From assembly GCA_964016885.1 (NCBI GenBank), contig OZ024742.1:158038001-158102000 (forward strand): 64,000 bases of DNA, read 5' to 3'. How positions within the stretch are numbered: the stretch's first letter is position 1; each line of letters opens with the position of its first letter. The notes under the pieces were generated by a model. That model saw only the letters and a list, made by a program, of their open reading frames with translations, was not told the origin of the DNA and searched no databases. Positions 19,005 through 34,637 of this stretch are shown in pieces. The position numbers were made by a program, and so were the translations under genes. Source of the stretch: Eledone cirrhosa. Its lineage: Eukaryota.

Positions 19005-19095
19005 ATGCGCCTGAAGAAGGGTCACACATTTAATGCCCGATGTATTCTGGAGGTATGTTTAAATTTGGGCCTTGAAACCTTTGGTAGAGATTTTC
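19005..19095 (+). ncRNA. hammerhead-like motif (family C); inverted copy at ~22250-22330
   Basis: CTGAAGA-agggtc..gggcctt-GAAA-CC-TTT-GGTA; stem I is weak; lies between (AT)n tracts. Confidence 0.4.
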
Positions 19096-19611
19096 TTCCC
19101 TGTAAATAAATTATATATATATATATATATGTGCGTGTGTGTGTGGGGGCATGTGCGTGTGTTTTGGCGTGCGCACGCGTGTGTGTGTGTGCACGCGTAG
19201 TTTGTGTGTGTGTAACCGCAAAAATAGATCACCAAGGCTTAATAATTAATTAAAGTACCAGTAATGCACTGCGATAATTGCTTGTCTTGTGCCAAAAGGT
19301 AGAAACAATATATTACTTATTTGATTTACATTCATGTATGTCGTTTGAAATTTAGACTCAGCTGATTCTTTCTAAGAGTGTGTACATTTATTATTGCCGT
19401 TACATATATGTACATGATACTAGACACATTTTGTATATCGTCTGAATTTGTATAATTTATGCTATGTACTTAATGTTCATTGAGCTTCCTTTGTTCAGTA
19501 ACTTAATCGATATACCTTATATATGTATAGATTTAACCTAATTATAGTATAAAAATGTATATGTACATATATACATATATTATATATATATATAGATAGA
19601 TAGATAGATAG

Positions 19612-20835
<1,224 letters not shown>

Positions 20836-20855
20836 TATCTCTCTCTATATATATA

Positions 20856-21540
20856 TATAGAAATTACATGAATCAAAGTTATGTTCAAACCATTTATTAG
20901 CTTACAATTGTTTCTTCCAAACCGAGGTTTGGAGTCTTCGGAGCAATTTTTCAATGACTGTTTACATACATGATCTCCTTTCCAACACAAGAGACATACA
21001 GAAACATATGTATATATCGAAGCACAGTGGGGTGACATCCATTATAATATTTTAGCATGGCAATTTACATTCAAAAATTAAAAGAAAATTAAAACAAAAT
21101 TAAAGTTAAAATACAATATCGGCTTGTATTGCAACATTAGTGCTTGTATTGCATATAACACCTTGCCGCAATATAATCTTATATAAATAAGACACATGCG
21201 CATGCTCCACGTGTAACCATTGCATACACTAACTACCTCAAACTATCCTCTTGCATTATCTTCGTAAATTGCCGATGATGTATTTTAACTTTAATTTTGT
21301 TTTAATTTTCTTTTAATTTTTGATTGTAAATTGTCATGCTAAAATATTATAATGGATATCAACCCACTGTGCTTCGATATATACATATGCTTCTGTATGT
21401 CTCTTGTGTTGGAAAGGAGGTCATGTATGTAAACAATCATTGAAAAATTGCTCCTAAGACACCAAACCTCGGTTTGGAAGAAACAATTGTAAGCTAATAA
21501 ATGGTTTGAACAGAACTTTGATTCATATAATTTCTATATG
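20856..21540. repeat. fold-back unit, arms ~20856-21122 / 21270-21540
   Basis: tagaaattacatgaatcaaagtt.. versus ..aactttgattcatataatttcta. Confidence 0.85.
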
Positions 21541-21714
21541 ACTGCTCTGTAGAACAAATCATGTTATTACATTCAGATATTTATCTTACTGGTAATAAGG
21601 TAGTAATATATTACTGTCTTTCACTGTTTAGGGTTTAAAATATATATAACTATAAAAAGGTTTTAGTATATACATAACCATAAATAGTATCCTTAATACT
21701 ATATATATATATAT

Positions 21715-22168
21715 ATAATTTATGTATATATGTACATATACATATATATACTATAATTAGGTTAAATCTATACATATATAAGGTATATCGATTAAGTTAC
21801 TGAACAAAGGAAGCTCAATGAACATTAAGTACATAGCATAAATTATACACATTCAGACGATATACAAAATGTGTCTAGTATCATGTACATATATGTAACG
21901 ACAATAATAAATGTACACACTCTTAGAAAGAATCAGCTGAGTCTAAATTTCAAACGACATACATGAATGTAAATCAAATAAGTAACATATTGTTTCTACC
22001 TTTTGGCACAAGACCAGCAATTATCTCAGTGCATTACTGGTACTTTAATTAATTATTAAGCCTTGGTGATCTATTTTTGCGGTTACACACACACAAACTA
22101 CGCGTGCACACACACACACGCGTGCACAAGCACACACCCCGACCCCCCCACACACACACACACGCACA

Positions 22169-22237
<69 letters not shown>

Positions 22238-22382
22238 TACAGGGAAGAAAATCTCTACTAAAGGTTTCAAGGCCCAAATTTAAACATACCTCCATCGGGC
22301 ATTAAATTTGTGACCCTTCTTCAGGCGCATATAGGAGTATATATCTATCTATCTATACACACATACGTATACATATACATAC

Positions 22383-22431
<49 letters not shown>

Positions 22432-24378
22432 AATAAAGATTCAGCGAGAATCACATTTTCGGCGGGCAGGAGAAGCGAATAGAAAAAAAATCATTCATAA
22501 ATTATATATATATATGACACCACAAACACCCATATATATGTGTACGTGTGTGCATATATATCCTATATATTCGTATAAAATAAAGATTTTACAGGCTCTC
22601 TGAGTTTGAATATATTAGGCCGACTATTACATAAATAATTACGTCGAGGAGCATAAACCCACAATACAGTATAAAGCATTAGGCCATTAAACAAATGCTT
22701 AACTGACCTCCGAGACTGTTTCTCATCATACATCGATTTTCTGCTTTAAGATCAAACTTTTACAGTTTCGATAGTAAATAAGAAATTAATCTCTGGTTAT
22801 GGTTTCCTTGATATTTAGGTTGACGCTAGGAAATCGGGATTCTGCAGCGAAACCATTCACTAAGGAAATGAATAAAAATAAATCATGGGCGGGGGTGATC
22901 AAATCTGAGAAACATACATGGTGAGATAGAAAATGAAAGGTGCTTGGTGACGTTGTCGGCTGTTGTCTAATTTCATGTCGTACACCATAAATATTTAGTG
23001 ATGGTCTAACTATTAATGTTGTATTGTTTCCATTCTGGAACCATAGTGTTGTGTAATGGAGCAGGTTCCTCTGTTTGTTAGATTGTTAGTAGCCATTTCG
23101 GTTTCTTATGAGTGTTTTTAGGTTTGTGTTGTGGATATTTGGTCTATGCATATAGTTGTGTGTATTATTTCCTCATCGCTATTGCCCATGTATGTAATTA
23201 TTGCTATACCATTAAATGTATCGATTTAATTGTCTTTAGTTTATGTTAGTCTTTAGCAATATTTTTGACATCGTTTAATTACTCAAATGTAAGAGTTACC
23301 GTAGAGAAAATGTTGTAGTATTGTGATTAGCTAAATTGTGCACTCATGCAGGGATATCTGGGTACATCTTTGTTTCTAAGGGTAGCCCTTACACACATAT
23401 TCTTTGATTGTGAGAGCGTGTTAGGTATCACTTGTATTGGTAATTGTGCTATTTGTTTTGAAGTGTCCGTGTTTGGATGTGGTAACGTGTGGTGTGTTTG
23501 GATGTAGTAAGAGCAAATGGTCCTATTTTCCGAGGTCTTGTAGAGATTTGAGGCTGAGGCATCTTGGTATATATCCTATTTAACGAGTTCCTCATTCTAT
23601 TAAGTAGTTTGGTCATGATGCTCCATTGCAACTTGAAAGGTGCAGGTCCCATATATAGGCCGATAATATCGTTGCATTTGTCGGCATGGGATTCTAAAAC
23701 TGTGTTGATGCAAGTAAAACTCGTTTTGGGCTCACAGGTCATGAGATTTATGTATACTGTGTTCAAGTATTCTGTTACAATATTTAGAGCAGCATGTGTT
23801 GTAATTCGGGTGGTACAGTTAGTTAAATTGCCTGCTCCTGTTTGTTTCTTGTTTGTGTATGTTCTACGAGAGTTGAATTCAGCTAGACTAGAGGAAGCGA
23901 TATTTGGGTGAAGGCATTGGTAGTCATGTAAGAAGATGTGACGGTGTTTCTGTTAAAAATCATATGATAAAGGTGTAGTGGGAGAGTGCGTTTGAAGATA
24001 TGTAAAGAACATAGCTATTGATGTGACGACCTCATGATTGTATGGAGTGTTGAAGCATGGAAATTGAGGTGCATTTGCAGGAGATTATTTCTTGAAAACT
24101 CTCTGTTTCAGAGACGCGTTTTTGAAACACGTATATCCGCTAAAGACCTGCATATGTGCATGAGTGGGTGTGAGTGTATTACCGTGCATAAGTACGCGTT
24201 AGTATATAATGTCTGCATTAAAACAATAATGAAACTAATTATTTCTATTTTCCATTCATTCTACGAGAATGTACAATCATTTTCCTGATATGTTCGTTTA
24301 TATTATTAAAGTAGAATACTGCCTCTAAATTTTAAAATTCTTTTACTTGGAAACAATTCCTGTTATTTCTTCTGAGCA
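21715..24378 (-). repeat. right arm of the ~2.65-kb inverted duplication, bounded by (AT)n on both sides
   Basis: ..ttatttcttctgagca (24378) is the reverse complement of tgctcagaagaaataa (16944). Confidence 0.93.
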
Positions 24379-24413
24379 TATATATATGTATAATATATAT
24401 ATATTCATGTGAA

Positions 24414-24690
24414 GGCGCGTGGCTTATTGTTTAAGTGGTTTTGAGGTCGATACTCGCACCTGGCTTTGCATTGTGTTCTTGAGCAAGACACTTTATTTCA
24501 CGTTGCTCCAGCCCACTCTCCTGTAGAAATGAGTTGGAAAACACCAGTGACATAGAGAGGGAAGATTTGCATGCATCGGCAACTGCTGGTCTTCCACAAA
24601 TAACCTTGCCTGGACTTGTACCTCGGAAGGGACCTTTCTAGGTGCAAATCCCATACATATTCGTGACCTAAGGGAATCTTTACCCTTTAC
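24414..24690 (+). mobile_element. SINE family 2
   Basis: ggcgcgtggctta.. head, cttgagcaagacact core, ctttacccttta tail. Confidence 0.7.
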
Positions 24691-25327
24691 CCCCCCATAT
24701 ACATTTATACATATATAACTACTTTTGAAACTATATACGTACATTAAGACTGGTGTTTATATTTATATTTTCTTTTTTACTTGTTATCGACTCTGTGTTC
24801 TTTTTTCTTCTAAAGCACGAAGCAATGCAAATTCTAAAGCAAAAAAATCTGAAACCTTTGAATGTATTAGACCAATTTTCAGTGGAAACTTCCTGTTGGT
24901 TGAGACATTCGTTGTAAAGTTCCATTCCACTACACACGTCTTCCGTTTATTTCTATGTCGTCATTTTTTGTTATAGCTTTACCTTTTATATATATATTTT
25001 TTCTTTTTCATTTCAGCCTTGTTCTCTTTTTTTTTATCTTGCTTTTGTGTATATTCTCATCTAAGACACTGAATGAAATTCACCATAGCAACTAAATCTA
25101 CTGTACAACTAAAAGGATCGAAAATGATAAATATAAAAGCTTTTCCATATAAAATACATCAAAATATCCTCAGCCCATCCCCATTGGATGTAGTGATTGT
25201 TTGGTGAATGTTGCATTGGCCACGACTGTAGCAATACCATTAAGGAGAAGCAACTGTTATAAGAAAGTCGCCACAAAAAGGTGTATAATTTCTAACTTGT
25301 TTTCTCTCTTTATCTTTCTCTTTCTCT

Positions 25328-25429
25328 TAATATATATATATACATACATATATATATATACATACGTATATATATGCATACATATATATATATATATATA
25401 TATACATATATACATATATATATTTACGT

Positions 25430-25522
<93 letters not shown>

Positions 25523-25571
25523 TACATGTATATATATATATATGTATATATATATGTGTGTGTGTGTGTAC

Positions 25572-25605
<34 letters not shown>

Positions 25606-25724
25606 ATATATATATATGTATGTATATATGTATATATATATTAAATACACGAATCGCAGATATATACTATATGCACACATACACACATATATCAATATAT
25701 CAATATATATAAGTATATGTGTGC

Positions 25725-25762
<38 letters not shown>

Positions 25763-25870
25763 GTATATATATATACATATACATACGTACATACATACAT
25801 ACATACATACATACATACATACATACATACATACATACATACATACATACATACATACAAACATACATAC
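25328..25870. repeat. compound (AT)/(AC)/(TACA) microsatellite
   Basis: Read directly. Confidence 0.95.
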
Positions 25871-26484
25871 CCTCTTCATATATTTTGTGAAAACCTTTCG
25901 AGAAAACCAAATTTCATCTCGATTTCCGTATTATATCTATAACTGCACAGATCAATGCTAAATACAAAGTACACCTTCACGCAGAACCTTCCCATAGATA
26001 CAGAGGCAAATACATACAGACACACATTCATACACACTCACATATACGCGCACATTCACGGACATGTCCTCAAACACACGAAAACATACACCTATATAGA
26101 CATACAAGTCTAATTGCCATACACGCAGTCATCTTTATTCAAATGTATTTGCATACAGCCAATGTCTCATACCTATCTATATCGCAAACAATCAGACACA
26201 CACAAACACACAAAGAATTATCCTCATAAACTCAAAACTAGGTAGCCTTACATATACACACGTTTCTGACAAGGAGGTTGAAATTCAGTATACACATATA
26301 CATACATATACATACACATATACATATATAACACATATACATACACATATACATACACATATACATACACATATACATACATAACACAGTTCCATACACA
26401 CTCATAAAACGAAAAGTATTTTTCTCCTCTGTTATGATTCAGTCTATATTTTCTTTTATTTTCATACACACACACACACACACA

Positions 26485-26522
<38 letters not shown>

Positions 26523-27487
26523 AATATATTTCTCCTTGCCTCTTTTCCCTCCACACCACAGACGTAGCAAAAAGACCTATATATAAATTTAAGAGAAATT
26601 TAAAAGCATTATCGAATGGTTATATTATAGAAAGATAGTCTATATATTAGGTAATATATGCCCCTTTAAGGATGAAAATGGACTAATACTTAAGCTGGAC
26701 ATGAAGTGCTTAAATGCTACCATTACAGCAATGTGCCTGTAACATTTTCCTTCGTTAAATTGAAGCTATATTCAAAGCGAGTAATAGAAACGATGAGCAA
26801 AATTTGAAATGTATAAGAAAATTATATATTTAACTATAGAAATTTATAAGAAAGTTATAATATATTTAACTATAGAAAAATGCAATATTATACATATGAA
26901 TACTATTAAAGCATCTGCACCAGAACAAATGGACATAGAAGGTGATAATGACCATTTTTTCCGTTATATGCATTATTATTTAGACATGTTTCTCTAGTCA
27001 AAATATTCGATGATGCACTTAACATCCTTATCAATTTCGAATCTCGTGACTCCTGTCCAAACTGAATATATATGTATACAGCAAATTATAAAATAAGAAG
27101 AAATAATATACAAAAATATACCTATTGCTTCTTCAAAATCCCGACTGTACAGTTTCACTGATCCATATGCAACAATTATGCATTATAGATATACACCATC
27201 GTTGTGAGGCCAATCACCTTGTCAAGGAACACCTCAGAGAATAGGACTGTTTTTCCAGACGCGTTTGCAGCAAATGGGAACATATATATAGGCAGCGGGA
27301 GGTATTAACATGTGATACATCGGTCAAGTGAAAATATCTCAGAAGGCGGAGGGAGAAATTAATACATGATACTGAGGTTACAGGTGGGTAGCAAGGTAGA
27401 CGGAAAGTGACTATCGTATTTGCTAAAGAAAGCAAATACTACACTTTCGGGTTAACTCAATCACAGGGGAGCTTGAGACAATATAAT

Positions 27488-27675
27488 AATTGTTTCTACT
27501 TTAGGCACAAGGCCAGCAATTACCCAGTGCATTACTGGTACTTTATTTTATCGACCCTGTAAGGATGAAAAGCAAAGTCAACCTCAGCGGGATTTGAACT
27601 CAGATTGTAAAGGGACGTAACTATGCTGGAAAGCATGGCGTCCGACCCTCTACCGATACTGCCAATCCACCGCTT
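27488..27675 (-). mobile_element. SINE family 1, full length
   Basis: Reverse complement of the 62717-62905 copy. Confidence 0.88.
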
Positions 27676-27708
27676 GAGACAATTTAATAATGTGATACAC
27701 ACACACAT

Positions 27709-27803
<95 letters not shown>

Positions 27804-27804
<1 letters not shown>

Positions 27805-28947
27805 CTGTATATATATAAAATTAAGTATGTGTGTGTGTCTGTGTGTCTGTGTATTACCTATAGGGGCCTACATCTTACGACCGATTTTCGTGAAACTTTA
27901 CAGGCTAATAGATTACTCATCGGGGAGTGTTTTCTATATATCAGCATTTCGTTCTTTTATTCTGGGTTCATTCTGAAGATAAAAATCGATGGGGTTGTCA
28001 CCTTTTTTTATGTCTCGAAAAATAAGATTTTTGCCTCTAGCTACCACATTTTGCCACCGATTTCGGTCAAATTTTAAAGCAAAATAAAATGTATCATTGC
28101 ACATCCTGTAATGGCTTTATATTTTGCATTTCTTGTTCAGGTACGGCGTAGCAGCCACTTAAATATTCAAAAATACCACTTTTAGACTCAAATGTCCACT
28201 TTTTCGGCTCTAGCTCCCACATTAATCAACCTATTTTGTTCAAATTTACACTAGTCGCTTTACATTTTGGATTTTTCATTCAGGAACGGCGTGGCAGCCG
28301 CTTAAATATTCGAAAATACCACCTTTTCGCTCAAATTTCCGCCTTTTCGGCTCTAGCTCCCACATTTTTTAACCGATGTCGTTCAAATTCGAAACTTCGG
28401 CTCCACCTCACACATAAATCAATTTATTTGCTTCAACTTTTATACTACGATAGAACCTATCATTGCACAATTTATATTGGCTTTACACTTTGCATGTTTT
28501 GTTCAGGGATGGCGACCTATCATTAGCTCCCACATTTTTCAACCGATTTCGTTCATACACGAAACTTCGGCTCCACCTCACACATAAATCAATTTATTTG
28601 GTTCAACATTTATACGACAATAGAACCTATCATTGCACATCTTATAGATGGTCAAAGGCAAAACGATGGCCACTGACGTCGTCTCAGCTTTTAGTTGGGT
28701 ATTTGAGAATTCATCGGTTTCCAATCAAGTAGCGTGAGGAAATTTGGCTTAGTGTTAGAGGTCATTACCTCCCTCACCATCATGCCCCTTCGTCTGTCAT
28801 CCGCGTTTCTCAGTGATAGAGGGCATCCCCCGCATGGCATGTGTGTAGCCATCGATGAGTCATCGAGAAGCTGTCGCTAAGATCAACACCTTTTAAACTA
28901 AGCAGATATTATTTTACCTACCCAGGCAACGCTGGGTACTGCTGTTA

Positions 28948-28948
<1 letters not shown>
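27804..28948 (+). mobile_element. non-autonomous Helitron
   Basis: 5' TC..ATATAAAA plus a (GT/GTCT) tract; 3' hairpin cccag-gcaacg-ctggg then TTAG (CTAG variant); sits between A and T; internal tandem units marked by tagctcccacatt. Confidence 0.75.
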
Positions 28949-29003
<55 letters not shown>

Positions 29004-29059
29004 GTGAGGTTTTTGTTACAAAATGAAAAATAACCGAGGTGTCCTACAGGAGTGAAAGT

Positions 29060-29230
29060 ATAAAGAGAAAGAGATGAAATCGAAAATGCAACTGGAATCT
29101 TATTTTTTTTTTAAATATATATATTTATTTGGTTCCTTATATATATTTATTTGGAACCAAATAAATAAATATATTTTTAAAAAAAATAAGACTCCAGTTG
29201 CATTTTCGATTTCATCTCTTTTTCTTTATA
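29060..29230. repeat. ~170-bp imperfect palindrome
   Basis: agagatgaaatcgaaaatgcaactgga..tccagttgcattttcgatttcatctct. Confidence 0.85.
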
Positions 29231-29308
29231 TATATAAAAAAATGTTACTCTGCCATGTATTGAGTACCTTACTTACTATGGTTATCCCCGACTCAACCCG
29301 GGACCTAC

Positions 29309-29348
<40 letters not shown>

Positions 29349-29458
29349 ACATGAATGTATATAGACATACATATATATATGTAATAGGAAAATGATCAAC
29401 CCCGACGGCAGAGTTCAAGCCGTTTCAACGGCTATTTCTGGACTACATTTATATATAC

Positions 29459-29512
<54 letters not shown>

Positions 29513-29565
29513 ATGTGTGTGTGTGTATGTATATATGTACGTATATATACATGCATACATATATG

Positions 29566-29646
<81 letters not shown>

Positions 29647-29885
29647 ATATATGTTTGCATATACATATATAAATATACAATCATACACACAGACACACAT
29701 ATATATATACATATTTTTTTCGGAATGTTTTGACTGGTGTTTCTTGTAAACGGCCTCTCGTCTCATCCCGCCATTACTAGCGTGTGTCCACGTGTGTTTT
29801 GTTATTTCAATTTTACACACTGTGGCATGCCTGCTTTTAATTCACTTCCGGTATTTTAGCCGTGGTGGTCTAGTTAATGTGTTGA

Positions 29886-29965
29886 GCACTACTGAAGATC
29901 GACTACAACCATGACTAACCCCACCTAAAAGTTTCGTGAAATACTATTTTAAGACTATATAGTGC
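29886..29965 (+). ncRNA. hammerhead-like motif (family E)
   Basis: gcacta-CTGAAGA-tcga..tcgt-GAAA-T..ATA-tagtgc; perfect 6-bp stem I. Confidence 0.45.
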
Positions 29966-30344
29966 ATTTGTAGTTTTTCCTGAAATTGATGGTTAAGTAT
30001 TTCTTCTTGATTTTATTTTGAGTTAAGATTGTACTGCTTTTTTCCCAATTTACACAAAGTCTTAGGATAAAGTTTCCCTTCTTGATTTGTTTTAAATTAA
30101 GATTTATTACTTTTCCCATATCTTACATTAAAGATTGTTACATCTTGATCATTGTTCGCATTTTGCTTACATTAATTTCTCTATTTTTCATTTATATATA
30201 TACATATATATATAAATACATAATTATAATAGAATATAAAAGAAAAACGAACACAGACATATACATATATGTGTTCAAATCGTAAGGGACCTGATTCGCT
30301 AAGGTGAAAAGAATACTAACTATAGACAATTATCTCCCCTTATA

Positions 30345-30902
30345 TAAACAGGGGAGATAAAGCTCACAGAGATATGTTTAGTACTGATTGGTACTTATCA
30401 AAGCCAAGTACTCCACCTGTTTGCTGAAAATCATGAATGTTTGATTCTTATAGAATTTTTAGTAATAATCAGGAACTGATTATACAGAGCGGTTGCCGGT
30501 CAAGCCGAAATTGCGAAATACACTATATATACATTCATATATAGCTATTTCAGAGCGCCAATTCTAATTTTCAATTTCTACTTGACCGGCAACCGCTCTG
30601 TATAATCAGTTCCTGATTATTACTAGAAATTCTATAAGAATCAAACATTCATGATTTTCAGCAAACAGGTGGAGTACTTGGCTTTGATAAGTACCAATCA
30701 GTACGAAACATAGCTATATCAGCTTTATCTCCCCTGTTTGCTGAACATTTAAAGTAAGTGAGACTGTCACTACTCTAAAACAATAGTATAAGGTCTTCAA
30801 AATGCTTTTAATCAAGCATACAGTGTATTGCAAAATACACTATATATACATTCATATATATATATATATATATATATAGGTATTTCAGAGCGCCAATTGT
30901 AA
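30345..30902. mobile_element. fold-back non-coding element (family F); relatives at 40447-40800 and 52450-52728
   Basis: 30347-30503 is inverted at 30580-30740; shared terminus tatttcagagcrccaattct/gtaat next to (AT)n. Confidence 0.7.
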
Positions 30903-31138
30903 TATATATATATATATAATATTATTAAAAAAACACACCAAAAGATCAATGTTATAAAAAAAAATACACGTCAGTATAAAATTTGGAAAAAATTTTATTT
31001 AAAATTTTTTAAAGAGTTTCAAAAATGTTGAAGTATGTAACTATACAACATTGAAATGAAGTCCTATCTGCTGAAATATATGTTAGTTTGAAAAAGCATT
31101 AATGCTTTGATGTTTTTTATAAATATTAAATATAATGG

Positions 31139-31478
31139 AGGCACATAGCTTAGTGGTTAGAGCATTGGCCTTCCAATCGAAAGGTTGTGAGTTCAATTCT
31201 CAGACCGGGTGATGTGTTGTTTCCTTGAGCAAGACACTTTATTTCACATTGCTCCAGTTTACTCAGCTGTAAAAATGAAATGAGAGGGACTGGGGTCCAT
31301 ATCATTCCACTGCAAAGTGGTTGTGGAGGTGCCACGCAAAAAAGCATCCGGGCCACACCGTAAAGGAGGTTGGTATTAGGAAGGGCATCCAGCTGTAGAA
31401 ATCAAGCCAGAATCAGTTCCTTTCCCGTCCCACCCTTGCAAGCAGGGAAAAAGCGGACGTAAAATGAAATGAGGATGA

Positions 31479-31480
<2 letters not shown>
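31139..31480 (+). mobile_element. SINE family 2 with an RTE-like 3' tail
   Basis: tRNA-like head, ccttgagcaagacact, ttaggaagggcatccagctgtagaa, ggacgtaaaa..(gat)n. Confidence 0.8.
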
Positions 31481-31517
<37 letters not shown>

Positions 31518-31578
31518 AACATATACATAATCATCATTTAATGTCCATTTTTTCATGCTATCATGGGTTAGACATATA

Positions 31579-32844
31579 CAGGGTGGGGCATAAAATCTGT
31601 TACAAAATAAAATGCAAATAGTTCTTGAAAAAAAAATTTATTTCAAGATCTGACTTCAACAAATCACAAGTCATATACTATTAAACAACTGCACACAAAT
31701 TTATTCGAAATTCTTTCCTCTAGCTCTCACTACCGCTCGAAGTCTTCTAGGAAAGTTTTCGATGACTACACGAACAGTTTCCATGGGTATTTTCTCCCAT
31801 ACATTATTCAGTTTTGATTTTAGAGTTTCAATATTTTGGCTAGGAATAGAGCAGGCTTCACCCTCAAGAATTGACCATAAAGAAAAATCGAGAGGGTTGA
31901 GATATGGTTATGTGCGAGGCCACTCTTCCTTACTGATCCATGCAGGACAATTGTGTTACACGAGCAGTGTGGCTCGTCGCTCCATCTTGTTGGAGAGTCC
32001 AAATGTCACCGCCATAAACAGATGTGTACCATGGCATCAGTGCTCCTTCCAAAATATTCTTTATGTAAAGTTCTTTGTTAATTTTAACTCCTTGAGGCAC
32101 AAAAATTAGAGGAGACTTCCCTCTTTCAGAAATGGCTGCCCAAACCATCACTGATGCTGGCTTCTGTGTTCTGAACACTTTCTTTACACTTGATTTGAGA
32201 CTTTTTGCAAGCACTCCATCATTTTGATGATTGTGAGAATGCTGCACAGTGAATAACTTCTCATCTGTAAAGATGATGTTTTGCAGCATGCCATCCTTGA
32301 TACGGTTCAATAACAGTTTACTCTGGAGAGCATGTTTTAAATTGTGGCTGCAGAAAGAAGTTGCCTCTTTTGGAACTTATAGGGTGACATCCCCAGATCA
32401 TCTCGACCTATCCTCCGCATAGTTCTCGGCGATGTTTCTGCTTCTTCTGCCATTTTTCTCATGGACCTTCCTGGATTACGCCTTATTTTTTCCCTTACAC
32501 TTTTAACGAGTGTTGGTGTTCTTGGGGTTCGAGGGCGTCTGGATCGAGGTCTGTCTTTGATCGAGGAAGTTTCCTTAAATCGATCGATTGTCCTTTTGAT
32601 CAACATTCTATTGATCTTAAGAATTGTCTCCACTTTAAATATCTCGGGTGGTGTCAGGCCTGTTTCATGCTTCTCTATTATGAACTTTCTTTTCAATGCA
32701 AATTGTTAATGGAGTAATGTTCTGAGAAATAGTTAATATGGTTATAGTGCATGGATTTGATACACATATATTAGTTATATTAGCAACATAATGTATTTTT
32801 AAAATTGATTTAAAACTTTGTAACAGGAATTATGCCCCACCCTG
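31579..32844 (-). mobile_element. full-length degenerate Tc1/mariner transposon, maT (DD37D)-like
   Basis: TIRs cagggtggggcataa..tgttacaaa / tttgtaaca..ttatgccccaccctg with TA on both sides; transposase HTH, IFTDEK, QQDGATSH, LNPLDF; frameshifts and stops. Confidence 0.92.
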
Positions 32845-32869
32845 TATATATATATATTATCATCATCAT

Positions 32870-33433
32870 CAAAAAGTGCCCAGTCCACACTGTAATGTCA
32901 TAGTGTCCGAGTCATTTCAAAAATACCCAGTCCACTCTGTTAAAGTTGTCGTGTAGGTGTCACGACAAAAAGCACCCTATCCACACTGTAAAGTGGTCAT
33001 GTAGGGGTCACGACAAAAAGTGGCCAGTCCAAACTGTAATGTGGTCATGTAGGTGTCATGACAAAAAGTGGCCAGTTCATACTGTAATGTGGTCATGTAG
33101 GTGAGAGGACAAAAGGTGGCGAGTCCACATTGTAAAGTGGTTGTGTTGGTGTCATGACAAAAATCACCCAGTCCACACTGTAAAGTGGTCACGTAGGTGT
33201 CATAACAAAAAAGACCCAGTCCACATTTTAAAGTGGTTGTGTCGGTAACACAACGAAGAGCACCCAGCCCACACTGTAAATGTAGTTGGCATTAGGAAGG
33301 ATATCCGGCTGTAGAATCCAAAAAATCTGCCCTGGGTGAGCTAAACATGGTCCTCTGACCTGATTTTCTCCCTAAGGGACCATCGGTGCTACCCATAATA
33401 AGGTGGAAGATGGACATTAAACGATGATGATGA

Positions 33434-33435
<2 letters not shown>
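32870..33435 (+). repeat. 48-bp tandem repeat (~9 copies) plus an RTE-like 3' terminus
   Basis: Unit aaaaagcaccc.gtccacactgtaaagtggtcatgtaggtgtcacgac; the same unit follows the RTE ORF end at 47740-47880; ends ggacattaaacgatgatga. Confidence 0.85.
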
Positions 33436-33474
<39 letters not shown>

Positions 33475-34637
33475 TAGATAGATAAACAAAGAAAATGTGG
33501 TAAGATAACGGGTGGACCACAACGAACCAGAGTACTCGATACTTGGGTTAGTAGAGTTGGTAATAGGAAAATAGTCAGGACCCCGACAGCTGAGCTCCGG
33601 CCGTTTCGACTGCTAGATATATATATATATATATATGGAAAGTTATATTTAAATTGTTGGGTTACAACTGGTAAATATTTATAACTGATATAAAAGCACT
33701 CAACAAGTATTTGGAGTATATTTACGATATTAAATACATGGAAACTATATTTATAAAACCATATTTATTTCATTATATATATTTCAGGGATATCATATTA
33801 ACAATATGTTATGCCTTCCTCAGACAAAATACAATATAGACAGTTTTATAGATAAATAGATTTGACATACCGTTCAACATCGACTTGTATTTGAAAAAGT
33901 TGATTTGGCAGTGAAAAAATTGTAAACAGAAAGAAAGAAAGAAAGAAAGAAGGAAAGAAAGAAAGAAAACGAAGAAAAAGAAGAAAAAAAAGAAATGCAT
34001 GCAACAAAATAGAGAGATGGAAAGATAGATAAAGAGAAGAACTTCATGTAAAGAAACAGAGAGAGATATATAGAGCGAGGAAATAGATAGAGATAGATAT
34101 ATATAGAGAAAAGTAGGTAGTTGAACGACGTATCAATGATACATTTATTTATTTATTTATTTATTTAGCTCTAGTATTAATGTAAGGGAGATATATGTGG
34201 TTAGGAAAGAAACCAGCCGTTATATAGAGAGAAAAATGAAAAGTAACCAGACATAGGTGAGGCAGAATTTAAAAACCCTATGTTTTAATGTAGAAATATT
34301 AGTTCGTATAAAAACCAGGCACTATAATGTAAATATCAGTATTCCTGAATGAGACACGTATCTATAATGTGTGAAAAGTAATGATCTTATGACTAGTTTT
34401 AAAAATTCATATGTTTATATGATAACTACAAACATCGATGTGAATTTACGTGATCAACTCTGCAAACCCCTATTTCACACGGAGAACATTCTCATTGTGC
34501 TATAAAAATTTAAGTATACATATATGTGTATATATACACATATATATAGAGTCTATATTAATTTTAACAATATTATTCTTGTCTTTACTCTACATGATTA
34601 TCTATCAAGCAGAAATAGAGAACAGATTTCAATATAT

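Larger units (their letters stand above)
16944..19590 (+). repeat. left arm of a ~2.65-kb inverted duplication
   Basis: Reverse complement of 21715-24378; mirrored ORFs 17415-17762(-) and 23564-23911(+). Confidence 0.93.

Noticed and set aside
32870-33290. CRISPR-like periodicity
   Set aside because: Whole units are homologous with no unique spacers; eukaryotic context, no cas genes; part of an RTE tail
34450-34637. Hydrophobic N-terminus suggesting a membrane-anchored RT
   Set aside because: It is antisense pseudo-LTR sequence fused at the inversion junction
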